IMG/VR virus record: IMGVR_UViG_3300024323_000001 | Span: 12-64,011 of that record | DNA: 64,000 nucleotides | Direction: 5' to 3' (one strand) | DNA from: a virus | Lineage: Duplodnaviria > Caudoviricetes | Shown: piece after piece, positions 1 through 8,487 of the stretch | Layout of the letters: each line of letters begins with the position of its first letter | Numbering within the stretch: the first letter of the stretch is position 1 | Notes under the pieces: model-generated | What the model saw: the letters and a program-made list of their open reading frames with translations, nothing else | Databases searched by the model: none | What the model was told of the DNA's origin: nothing | Translations under genes and position numbers: made by a program

Positions 1-116
1 TTGCTGGGGATTGCCCTGACTCTGCTTCAGGGATGAGATTACCCCAAGTCTCATACTTGCTATCAGTTGAGCCGCGACGGGGACGAATGAGGGGAGCATG
101 TGCCCGAGCGACGTGA
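1..116. repeat. Terminal overlap identical to 63885-64000 (circular assembly, unit genome ~63,884 bp)
   Basis: TTGCTGGGGATTGCCC...GAGCGACGTGA occurs at both ends; a minus-strand ORF reads through the junction. Confidence 0.95.
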
Positions 117-303
117 GAATCTGCTCCGCGAGCTGGGCGTGCTCCAAGACGACCTGCATGAGCTGGCCCGTTGGCGGGGTGCCCTGCGGATTCCCAGAGA
201 GCGTCGCCAAGTCCGGCGCCTTCTTGTCCGATAGAGACGGTGGTAGAGGCGGCGGTGAATCGAGCCGCGAAGGGCGCGTCTTGTCGGTCTCCATTGAGGG
301 CAT
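1..303 (-). CDS. Pro/Gln-rich hypothetical protein, 5' part; continues across the junction to 63738 (149 aa total)
   Basis: Manual translation MPSMETDKTRPSRLDSPPPLPP...KQSQGNPQQ joins in frame to the 63738-63983 ORF; lies just upstream of the scaffold gene. Confidence 0.75.
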   Translation of the reverse strand, partial: MPSMETDKTRPSRLDSPPPLPPSLSDKKAPDLATLSGNPQGTPPTGQLMQVVLEHAQLAEQILTSLGHMLPSFVPVAAQLIASMRLGVISSLKQSQGNPQQ

Positions 304-324
304 CTAGGGTCTCGCCTCGCCGAG

Positions 325-495
325 CTACATCTTCTTCCCGGAAGGACCGTGTTTATAGCCTTTCCCATCACCCTTTTTGTTCCCGCCCGGATGTTTCGTG
401 TGGGTGAGCTTGCGGACGGAGTCGCCGTGCTTCGTGGCGATCGAGTTCGCCGGGCTGCCGCCTACGAGTTCCTTTGCGTGGTCGTGACCTGCCAT
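325..495 (-). CDS. Small basic Lys/His/Gly-rich protein (56 aa)
   Basis: Manual translation MAGHDHAKELVGG...GYKHGPSGKKM; start overlaps the upstream stop. Confidence 0.65.
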   Translation of the reverse strand: MAGHDHAKELVGGSPANSIATKHGDSVRKLTHTKHPGGNKKGDGKGYKHGPSGKKM

Positions 496-671
496 TATTT
501 GCTCCTTCGGGGGATGGAGGCCCCGGCCTTACGAGCTTTGCTGAGTAGGATGGCCGTCCGCTGCTTCGCGGCATCGGAGGCTCCGAATTTGCGCGCTGTT
601 CGAGCGAGTTGCTTCGGCGGATTCGATTTAAGTTCGTGGCCGACGCGCTCGAGAATCGCCCGGTCACTCAT
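495..671 (-). CDS. Small basic protein (58 aa), DUF6496-like
   Basis: MSDRAILERVGHELK...KQRTAILLSKARKAGASIPRRSK; ATGA coupling to the upstream gene. Confidence 0.65.
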   Translation of the reverse strand: MSDRAILERVGHELKSNPPKQLARTARKFGASDAAKQRTAILLSKARKAGASIPRRSK

Positions 672-844
672 TTCGATGCGACCGATTTGGCGGCTTTGGC
701 GAACTGGGCCTTTTTCGCCTGCTTGCCGCCCTTGGCAAGCCCTTTCGATATGTTCTTCGAGGTGGCTTTACCAAAAGAGCCCACGGTGCCCTTCCGCTTC
801 ATCTTCGCCGCAGCATGTTCCATCCATAGCGGGTCGTTGGCCAT
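668..844 (-). CDS. Small Lys/Ala-rich basic protein (58 aa)
   Basis: MANDPLWMEHAAAKMKRKGTVGSFGK...KKAQFAKAAKSVASK. Confidence 0.7.
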   Translation of the reverse strand: MANDPLWMEHAAAKMKRKGTVGSFGKATSKNISKGLAKGGKQAKKAQFAKAAKSVASK

Positions 845-889
845 GATTTAGAGATAACCTCACTTTCAGAGCGAGTGCAAGCCCGTTCA

Positions 890-3280
890 TCAGTTATTTC
901 CCAATGCAATCCAGTTCACTACCGGGCTGAGGTTCGTGCCCGCTACACCAGTAAACGTCAGAATCGGTTTCAATCGCAGCGTGGCCTTGTTCGCAATCGT
1001 CACCGAAGCCGCGCCGTCAATCTGTTGCGCTACGCCCGTGGATGGCGGAGTGATTGCCGACACCGTGCAGGTATTCGCGCCCGCCGTCTGAATGTTTTTA
1101 ATCGTGAGGGTGGACACCGTATCCCAGCTCGCATCCGGCAGAAGCAGGTTGACGTTGCCGCCCGATGGGTCGCAATAACAGGCGGTATATACGCAGTCGG
1201 CATCCTGAATCGGAATGTTGGTCGTGCCCGCCACGCTCTTGAATGCCGCCGTCGCCATCGTCCAGCTATCACTGATGGAGAATGTCGCGGAGCCGGTATA
1301 AGAACCTGCCGTTGGCGCGATGCGGTCTTGCAGGTAGGCATGTGTATCGGCAAGGGGAGTAACAGGGGCAGAGGAATTTCCTGCCGTGATTTGGCCCGGT
1401 CCGCCATAGCCCCCAATGTAGGAAATCATCAATTCATTGGAGCCAGTTGTGGTGACGGCTGCGGATGCCGGAGCAGTGCTGCTGCCAACCGCGCCAACAG
1501 AAGTCACGTCGAGCGCCGCTGCGGTCAGAACTCCCGCATATTCCTGTGCTCTGAGATAGGGATTCGGGCAAGACTGGTTGAAGTTTGCGGTGATGGTTTC
1601 CGCCCCTCCCGTGATGTTCATGGCGTACTGGGCTACGGTCTGCGAATCCCCGGCGTGCTGCGCGGTGGCTGCCGTTACCGTGTTCCAGGTGCTTGTGCGC
1701 GTGTCAGTGAAGGGCAGAGTGATGGTTGTGCCGGAAGAAACGGCGCAGACAGCTTCGGCAAAGATGAAGTTTCCCGCCGTAACCGGGAAGCCAAACGTGC
1801 AGGAAACGGAAGTGCCGCCGCCACTGGCGCTAATGCAATTCTGCAAATTCACGCGGAAGGGTAGCGTTGTCCCAGTCCCTTTGTAGATGCCGGGGCCATT
1901 GGGGTTTCCGCCAGCGCGGTTGTAGGCGTGGATATAGTTCGCGCCGTAGATGTATTTCTCGGCAAAGGCCGTAGGGTGGATGCAATCGACGTTGAAATAG
2001 GTGGCGTTGGAGCAAGCGCCATCTGCACCGAAATTGACATTGGCCGCGTGATCTACGATGAAGTCGAAGTTCGTCGGCACCTGTTGCCGAAGGATTGCGT
2101 TGTAGGCATCCTTGAAGGCTTCCGAGCCGGTATGCGAAATCATCGTGCCGACGCCGCATTTCCAACCAGCCGCACGGCGCTGCCTGCAAAACCCTGCCGC
2201 TAGTTGCGCCTCAAGCGTGGCTCCGTTCGTTGTGTCGTTCGCGCCCCATCCTGAACTGGTGATATTTCGAGCAGCGTTCTTCCTGAAATATGGGTCAACG
2301 CTGAGATTCCCAATAGCGCCTTCCGACAGGATGCCCGTTCCGCTAACTCCCTGATCGCTTACGGCAAAATTTCCTACGAGGTTGTCGGAGGGCCAGTTGA
2401 CGGCGGAAGTGATGGAATCCCCGGCTGGAACAAATTGGTCGATGTTGTCCGTCCCGCCACTGCTGACGAATACTCCCCGCGCCGCCATCGCGTTCTGCAT
2501 GAACTGCGCGTTCTGGGCAACTTCGGCAGCCGTCAATGCGCGGTTATAAACCAGCAGGTAGTAGACGTTGGCCGTCAGGAATTTGGCGGTTATGCCGCAG
2601 AGCTGGAAATTCCCAACGGTCTGCACGCCGATAGAGCTTCCTGTCTGGATGTTGGTTAGAACGCTTGCCCCTACATAGAAAATGTCCGGGGCGTTCATCA
2701 CGAAAGCGGCGGAGTTTGTGCCGCTGAAGGGGCTGGTGGGGCCGGACAGATACGCCGATCCGACGCCGTTCCCGCTGCGGAACCTTGCGCCTCCCTGAGT
2801 TTCCTGTCCCCATGTATCCGTTACGGTGGACTGAAAAAGCCGCCAGAAAGCGGAGTTTGCGAGCGCACCATTCCCGCCGATGATTACCTGGTCTTTTACG
2901 CTGGCAAGAAAAGTGGCAAGGCTAAGATTATTGGTTGCGCCGACATTCGCGGACATGAAAATCTGGAAAGTCTTGGCTCCGTTTAGAGCGGCGGGCAACC
3001 CCACGGCCCCAGTTCCAGCACAGGAGATGCCGCCCGTAACCGGGATTATGGTTGGCGATGTGCTTACGCAGCCCGTGGCGTTGTTGCCGCTGCCAGAAGT
3101 GTCTGCGAGGGCGCAGGGATTCTCCGTTGCCAGCATTTGATACTGGCCGATTAAGCCGGTAGTGACTGGAGAGCCGGTGCCCCCACCGCTTGTGCCTCCA
3201 CCCGGAGGCGTGTATTGCGCCCTCGCAGGAAGTGTGCAGATTGTCGCTATGAGAGCCGTGATTAAGAATCGTAGCCGCAT
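890..3280 (-). CDS. Signal-peptide protein with LamG-like, SGNH/GDSL esterase and beta-rich domains (spike/appendage-like)
   Basis: N-terminus MRLRFLITALIATICTLPARA-Q; LLVYNRALTAAEV (LamG end); GDSITS, GAND and DCIHP SGNH blocks. Confidence 0.75.
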   Translation of the reverse strand: MRLRFLITALIATICTLPARAQYTPPGGGTSGGGTGSPVTTGLIGQYQMLATENPCALADTSGSGNNATGCVSTSPTIIPVTGGISCAGTGAVGLPAALNGAKTFQIFMSANVGATNNLSLATFLASVKDQVIIGGNGALANSAFWRLFQSTVTDTWGQETQGGARFRSGNGVGSAYLSGPTSPFSGTNSAAFVMNAPDIFYVGASVLTNIQTGSSIGVQTVGNFQLCGITAKFLTANVYYLLVYNRALTAAEVAQNAQFMQNAMAARGVFVSSGGTDNIDQFVPAGDSITSAVNWPSDNLVGNFAVSDQGVSGTGILSEGAIGNLSVDPYFRKNAARNITSSGWGANDTTNGATLEAQLAAGFCRQRRAAGWKCGVGTMISHTGSEAFKDAYNAILRQQVPTNFDFIVDHAANVNFGADGACSNATYFNVDCIHPTAFAEKYIYGANYIHAYNRAGGNPNGPGIYKGTGTTLPFRVNLQNCISASGGGTSVSCTFGFPVTAGNFIFAEAVCAVSSGTTITLPFTDTRTSTWNTVTAATAQHAGDSQTVAQYAMNITGGAETITANFNQSCPNPYLRAQEYAGVLTAAALDVTSVGAVGSSTAPASAAVTTTGSNELMISYIGGYGGPGQITAGNSSAPVTPLADTHAYLQDRIAPTAGSYTGSATFSISDSWTMATAAFKSVAGTTNIPIQDADCVYTACYCDPSGGNVNLLLPDASWDTVSTLTIKNIQTAGANTCTVSAITPPSTGVAQQIDGAASVTIANKATLRLKPILTFTGVAGTNLSPVVNWIALGNN

Positions 3281-3286
3281 ATAATG

Positions 3287-3586
3287 TCACCTTCGGAAGT
3301 AGAGGACGTTGACCTTGTCGCCGGTCGTACCGTTCACGTAGATAGTCGAGAGACTATAGGCTCCGGGCGTGCCCACGTCTGGGAGGAATTGCGTGCCGCC
3401 CGGAGCCATGATGACACCAGGCTTCAGCCCAGAGGCGACCGTGACATCGGAGCCGCCGAGCGTCATCCCCGCGGCGTTGTTGGTCGAGACAGATTGGACC
3501 TGAACCCATGTCGCGGCAGCGCGCGTCGTGGAGAGTTGGACGGCGGTCCCGGTGGATGCGATTGTTACCTGGGCTTCATACAGCAT
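3287..3586 (-). CDS. Small beta-rich putative virion protein
   Basis: 99 aa, GGAGG RBS, Thr/Gly/Val-rich, downstream of portal. Confidence 0.65.
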   Translation of the reverse strand: MLYEAQVTIASTGTAVQLSTTRAAATWVQVQSVSTNNAAGMTLGGSDVTVASGLKPGVIMAPGGTQFLPDVGTPGAYSLSTIYVNGTTGDKVNVLYFRR

Positions 3587-3656
3587 GGTGGAGTCCTCCC
3601 ACTAACATCGATAGATTGGTCTGAATCAGTTGGGAAATCAACCGCGTTCACGACGT

Positions 3657-3872
3657 TCACGATGAGCCGCCGTTTGTTGGGAGCGTCGCGAGCGCAGCCT
3701 TGCGGGTCATCTGGCGCTGTGAATATGTCTGGAGGGCTTGGCCGAGCAGGTAAGCGAAGAGGATTGGGTCGTGGACGTTCTCGGTGATGGAGACGGTCTT
3801 GGTGAGAGGGTTGATGACGATTTCGATGCGGAGGTCGTGCTTGCCAGCGTCGATGCGGGTGGGGTCGCTCAC
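3657..3872 (-). CDS. Hypothetical protein
   Basis: GTG start overlaps the portal stop. Confidence 0.55.
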   Translation of the reverse strand: MSDPTRIDAGKHDLRIEIVINPLTKTVSITENVHDPILFAYLLGQALQTYSQRQMTRKAALATLPTNGGSS

Positions 3873-5785
3873 TTGGACTCCGTGATCTTCCCGGCTCCGC
3901 CCATCTTGGGCATCGTTTCGCCAGAGGCTTTGCGGCCGGTGGCGCTCACTTGCGGCGTCAGTCCCATATTGTTCTGAGCGATTAGGCGGTCGGTGATGGT
4001 GATGGCACCATCGGGAGCTTTGCCCGCGTTCGGGATGCCGAGCTTCTCGAACAATGTCCAGATATCCATGAGTCCAGCTCTCATAAGCTGGATGTAAAGG
4101 AGCTTGTCCGTCACCTCGGACGCGCTCAGCAACGAGCCCGGCGCCACGTCATACGTGAATTGTTTGAGGAACCACTTCGCCCGGATATGGCGCTCGACGT
4201 TCTTCCCTTCCTTCTGATGCTCTTGGGACATGTAGGCGGGAATCATCGTGCCCGCGTCATTGTCAGCGTCCTCGAAGGTCATCCCTTCGTCGCCGAGCAC
4301 AGCGAGTCGGTCTTCGAGAGTGTAGAACTGGAAGACGTTCGAGAGAGACATCATCGCAAACTCGCGCAGCGACGCCTCTAGGACTCGTGAGCGCATCCTG
4401 ATAGCAGGTGACATCGCCTCGAGAATCTTCTCCACGGTCTCGGTCGAAGGGATCTGGCCGAGATTCATGAATTGCTGCATATCGCGGACGCCGCTAATCT
4501 TGTCCATCTCGTCGCGGAGGTCTTGGATAGCCAGTTGGACGGAGGGATCCAGAGGCTGAGCGTACTGAAGCTCAGCGTTCTTCCCTGCGACGGGATTGGT
4601 GCGGAGCTTCAATCCAGCTTTGCGCGTGTCGATCGCCGCCATCGCAGCGCGAGAGATGGCGTTCTTGTCGGCGATGAGGTCGGGGCGGAAGACCTTTTGG
4701 TTGTGGTCCGAGACGCCGCGGAGCAGGCGATGGAGTTCGTCTTGGAGCGTGAGGATGTCCATGAGCGGCGGTTTACCCAGCCACGTCCACGGCCATGGGT
4801 CCAAGGGAATCTTCACGATAGGGAAGAGGCCGTGCCAGTAGATATTCGGCCCGTCGCGGAGGACACAAGTGCGAGTGAAGGTGATGGTGCGACCGCGAGG
4901 ATAGATGCGGTCACCAGGGTCTACCCAGTAGGACCAGTTCGGGTGCTTCTCGGGCGTCCCCTCCCCCACCCACACGCGCGAAGCGCTCTCGTTCCGGCGG
5001 AGGTCGTGAACGTGCAGCGTGAACACATCGGCGGAGGGAATGGTCATGTGCGCCGCGGGCTTGCCGCCGAGCGATGCCCACAGATTCCGCATGAAGCTCG
5101 AGAAGCCCATGCGCTGCATCGTGGATTGGGCGCGCGTGACCTTTTCCATCATCGCCGCCGACATGTCGCGGTCAGCTTTGATTAGGCCGCGGTCCCACTG
5201 GCGAGGGTATTTGGCGCGCAGGTAATTGAGCGGACGCTCACGACGGACGATGAGGCCCATTGCATCTTGGATGGAGATGTTGTTCGGCGGGCGAATAGGG
5301 AGGCAATCACGCGGGTCCTCAGGCGAACAGTCATTGTCCCCCGTGAACTCGTTGTAGAAGAGGTGAGCGTAGCCGGAGCCCGCGACCTCGGCGTACTTGA
5401 TGCAGTCGCAGAACTTGAGGTCGATGAGGCGCGAGGTCCACCAGTGCTTAGTGAGCTTGTTCCCGAGCACCGCCTGTTGCTCGTAGCGCTTGTTCTGCGT
5501 GGTGTAGTTCCAGAACGGTTTGATGTCGGTCATCGCGCCGGCGAAGTCGAGGGCGATCTTGCCGAAGCGATTGTCGATGAGCTTCGAGAACGAGCCGGGG
5601 ACCATATCGCGGGAGTAGTCGCCCATGATGTAGTCGATGCACGTCGAGATTTGCGAGTAGCCGACTTGGGACTTGAGGAAGGATTCGCCCTCGGCGAGCG
5701 CGTCATTGGCCCAGCCTAGAACGGCGTCGAGATGCTCTTGCTCACTATCATTGAGGCTTCCTGCGGGGGCTTGGGGCTCGGCCAT
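3869..5785 (-). CDS. Portal protein (P22-like size and layout)
   Basis: 638 aa between terminase and head genes; HGLFPIV...WLGKP...LQDELHRL, ISGVRD segments typical of podoviral portals. Confidence 0.85.
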   Translation of the reverse strand: MAEPQAPAGSLNDSEQEHLDAVLGWANDALAEGESFLKSQVGYSQISTCIDYIMGDYSRDMVPGSFSKLIDNRFGKIALDFAGAMTDIKPFWNYTTQNKRYEQQAVLGNKLTKHWWTSRLIDLKFCDCIKYAEVAGSGYAHLFYNEFTGDNDCSPEDPRDCLPIRPPNNISIQDAMGLIVRRERPLNYLRAKYPRQWDRGLIKADRDMSAAMMEKVTRAQSTMQRMGFSSFMRNLWASLGGKPAAHMTIPSADVFTLHVHDLRRNESASRVWVGEGTPEKHPNWSYWVDPGDRIYPRGRTITFTRTCVLRDGPNIYWHGLFPIVKIPLDPWPWTWLGKPPLMDILTLQDELHRLLRGVSDHNQKVFRPDLIADKNAISRAAMAAIDTRKAGLKLRTNPVAGKNAELQYAQPLDPSVQLAIQDLRDEMDKISGVRDMQQFMNLGQIPSTETVEKILEAMSPAIRMRSRVLEASLREFAMMSLSNVFQFYTLEDRLAVLGDEGMTFEDADNDAGTMIPAYMSQEHQKEGKNVERHIRAKWFLKQFTYDVAPGSLLSASEVTDKLLYIQLMRAGLMDIWTLFEKLGIPNAGKAPDGAITITDRLIAQNNMGLTPQVSATGRKASGETMPKMGGAGKITESK

Positions 5786-5986
5786 TTAACGCTCATTCCA
5801 AAGGCGGCCATATCGGCTCTTGGTCTTTACGACTCGCCCCAATCGCGCCGCACGACGAAGTACTCGCCGAGATTCTTCACGGGAGCCTCCGCGACCGTAG
5901 AATGTCTTGCCATCGGAGCGAAGGCCGATAGAAACCCATCCAGCCGAATCGATGGTGTCGTGAAGTATCTTGAGCGTCATCGCCAT
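5786..5986 (-). CDS. Small basic hypothetical protein
   Basis: 66-aa ORF packed between its neighbours. Confidence 0.55.
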   Translation of the reverse strand: MAMTLKILHDTIDSAGWVSIGLRSDGKTFYGRGGSREESRRVLRRAARLGRVVKTKSRYGRLWNER

Positions 5987-5987
5987 C

Positions 5988-6404
5988 CTAGATTATCCCT
6001 CTCGTCGATTCGCGGAACCGTTCGTAGCGCTTCTCTTCACTCGGCAGGCGCGGGTCGGTCCCTCCACCATCGTAGCCCCGGCCACCACGGTTGAAATTCG
6101 AGTCCTCGTGCAGGACGTTGTTCTCGCGGCAGAATCGGTCCATCTCGCGGGGCGCAATCACAAGGCGCTCGCAGCCCGGCGGAGTCGGCGCGTCATTGCG
6201 GCCGGGGTAGCGAATCCGGCCCTGCTTGTCGCGGAACACCACGGCGAGATTCTTCTCAAGCGCGGGAATCGTAGGGCGGAGGCGGAAGACCTGCTCCATC
6301 TCCCGTCCGCACTCAAGGTGGACTATGCGCTCGGGGACTTTCATCACGAAGAGGTCATCGACCTGAGCGCCACAGGGACACTCGAGGTCAAGATACTTGG
6401 GCAT
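5988..6404 (-). CDS. FmdB-like zinc-ribbon protein
   Basis: MPKYLDLECPCG...ECGREMEQVF; usual position upstream of portal. Confidence 0.7.
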   Translation of the reverse strand: MPKYLDLECPCGAQVDDLFVMKVPERIVHLECGREMEQVFRLRPTIPALEKNLAVVFRDKQGRIRYPGRNDAPTPPGCERLVIAPREMDRFCRENNVLHEDSNFNRGGRGYDGGGTDPRLPSEEKRYERFRESTRGII

Positions 6405-6415
6405 CTCTGGCTCCC

Positions 6416-6556
6416 TTAATACTTCTTGCGGCCGGAGGCGGACTTCTTCTCGCCCTTCTCCGCCTTGCCGAAGGGCTTGGACTTGCCGATTTCGCCGCCT
6501 GATTTGCCGAACTTTGACTTGAACTCTGGCTTCTCTTTACCGCCGAATTTAGCCAT
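6416..6556 (-). CDS. Small Lys/Gly-rich basic protein (46 aa)
   Basis: Manual translation MAKFGGKEKPEFKSKFGK...SGRKKY; GAGGT RBS. Confidence 0.65.
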   Translation of the reverse strand: MAKFGGKEKPEFKSKFGKSGGEIGKSKPFGKAEKGEKKSASGRKKY

Positions 6557-6592
6557 CTGGGTTACCTCTTTGGGATTGGAGATGGGCTCCGA

Positions 6593-6796
6593 TTACGAGC
6601 CGGGCTTGTAGATATGAGGGACGTTCTCAGCTACGGAAACTTTGTGGACAATGCCACGAGCACCTTTGGATGGAGCGTGATTGCCCCGCCATGTGGCGCG
6701 GTCAATGTCGTTGAGATAGCGCTGGGAGTGCTCGAGGTCGGTTTCGGGGCGGGTCGTCTCGTCAATGGGAGTGGGGATTGGAGATTTGGATTTCAT
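6593..6796 (-). CDS. Hypothetical protein
   Basis: AAGGAG RBS, 67 aa. Confidence 0.6.
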   Translation of the reverse strand: MKSKSPIPTPIDETTRPETDLEHSQRYLNDIDRATWRGNHAPSKGARGIVHKVSVAENVPHIYKPGS

Positions 6797-6806
6797 AGAG
6801 GCTCCT

Positions 6807-7661
6807 TTACCACGGCCTCAAGCCAGTTACACGTTCAAGGCCGAGAATGACTTCCTTCTTCACGTAATCCTCGAGAGTCTTCCGTTCGGACTTCGCGCGA
6901 GAGGCGCAGCGAGCGAGCACCCGCTCTGTGAGTTCGATGGTGATATCGCCGACCTTGAGGTTGACGACAGTCTTGATCTTCTCGATTGCAATCTGAGCAT
7001 TCGGGATGAGATGGCCTCCAGTGATGCGTTCGAGGTCAGCACGAGTGGCGGAGTCAAAGTAGAGCCCTCGGCCTGAGGTGTGCTCGACACACGTTCGCAG
7101 TCGGTCGCTCAACACTTTCTCGACGCTCACGTTGATGGATTTCGCTTGTTCCTCGTACTGATGGAATAGCGAGTCGGGGAGCATGAGGATGACGCGAGTG
7201 CGCGATTCGCGCTGAGACTGCCCATAGGCGTCGGGCGGCTTCGGCGGGTCAACGATTTGTGCTGGAGGATGAGAGGACATCTTCGTGTCTCCATTCTGGA
7301 ATGTAGCATAGAACCGCGAGGGTGCAATGACTTTCGCTTCGGGGCCGACAATCACATAGGGGATGTGGTGCTTGTCGAAGAACTCTACCGAGGGGCGGAG
7401 GATGGGGTCAGAGCCGTCCCAGAAGAGGAGCGCGGAGTCGAAGTGAGTGTCAAGATGCGATGAGTTATAGGTGGGAGTCCATTTGATTGGCGCCGCGGGA
7501 TACTCATTGAGCTGGAGGATTGTGCGTCCCAGTCCGTTCTTGGATGCGATGTGGAATTGAGCCGGCGCGAGCGATTGAAGGTGAGTGTGGACGGCGGTGA
7601 GATTGACGTATTCGTAGCTGAAGAGGACGATGACTTGGCGCGTCTGAGCGGAGTCAGTCAT
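6807..7661 (-). CDS. Hypothetical protein with possible ribbon-helix-helix-like C-terminal half
   Basis: Long ORF, probable start MTDSAQ; RVILMLPDSLFHQYEEQAK segment. Confidence 0.55.
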   Translation of the reverse strand: MTDSAQTRQVIVLFSYEYVNLTAVHTHLQSLAPAQFHIASKNGLGRTILQLNEYPAAPIKWTPTYNSSHLDTHFDSALLFWDGSDPILRPSVEFFDKHHIPYVIVGPEAKVIAPSRFYATFQNGDTKMSSHPPAQIVDPPKPPDAYGQSQRESRTRVILMLPDSLFHQYEEQAKSINVSVEKVLSDRLRTCVEHTSGRGLYFDSATRADLERITGGHLIPNAQIAIEKIKTVVNLKVGDITIELTERVLARCASRAKSERKTLEDYVKKEVILGLERVTGLRPW

Positions 7662-8487
7662 CTCCGAGCGCCGCCACCCGCTCATCCCACGACGCTACCA
7701 TCTGGTCGTAGCTTATGTCAGAGGCTTCCCACCGCGGCGCGTTCTGCTCGCTCGGACGCTCCAAGGGCTCTAGGTTCTCTCGCGTGGACCAGTCGTGCAT
7801 CGCCCACAGATTGAACAGGGTGGACATCACCCTATCATCGTGGCGGCCGTAGCGCGCTTCACCGATTAGGGTCCAGAGGTCCGAGACGCAGTCGGCCATC
7901 TCCTCGACGAGCCACTTCGACTTAAGCACGACGCCGTACTTCTGGATGTGATGGAGTCCGCGCATCCACAAATCCTTATTGGCGGAGCGTGACGAGTACC
8001 ACCAATACTGTTGAGTGCGGCGGACGGCGGCGGAGCCCCACTGCGTCCACTGCCACAGATTCGTGTAGGCGTAGCGGTCTACGAGTTCGCGGAGCGTGAC
8101 CGCTCCAGGCCCCGTAACCTCTCCAATGAGTAGAGCCTGACCGTCCTCATGGCTTCCCCCGTACAGTAGTCCAATAGTCGCAGCAATTGGGGCGATGTCG
8201 ATAGCGTCAACCGGGGCAGCGAATTCAGCCACCTGCACGTCTTGACGTCCGTCTCGTCCAGCACGAAACACCTCGATACACGCATTATCTGTGTCGAGGT
8301 CGGCCTCGGTTCGGAACTCTCTGGACCAACCGGCACGTCCAACTGTAGGGTCAACAGACACGACGTAAGTGGAGTCATTGCGAGGTTCCTCCCACACGAA
8401 CAGGATTCCCCGTTCGTCTTCGTCGTCCGCTGAGTAGGGCGTGACGGTCCTGTTTCCAACTCTCCACGATTTGGGCTCGGTTGTCAT
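7654..8487 (-). CDS. Terminase large subunit, RNase H-like nuclease domain (separate gene)
   Basis: YVVSVDPTVG, DNACIEV, IGEVTGPG, HDDRVMS acidic motifs; ATG overlaps the upstream TGA. Confidence 0.85.
   Translation of the reverse strand: MTTEPKSWRVGNRTVTPYSADDEDERGILFVWEEPRNDSTYVVSVDPTVGRAGWSREFRTEADLDTDNACIEVFRAGRDGRQDVQVAEFAAPVDAIDIAPIAATIGLLYGGSHEDGQALLIGEVTGPGAVTLRELVDRYAYTNLWQWTQWGSAAVRRTQQYWWYSSRSANKDLWMRGLHHIQKYGVVLKSKWLVEEMADCVSDLWTLIGEARYGRHDDRVMSTLFNLWAMHDWSTRENLEPLERPSEQNAPRWEASDISYDQMVASWDERVAALGDD

Noticed and set aside
875-1864. Long antisense ORFs (e.g. 875-1864, 4472-5185, 21982-22797, 41656-42417)
   Set aside because: Opposite-strand shadows of real genes, expected at this GC content; no motifs
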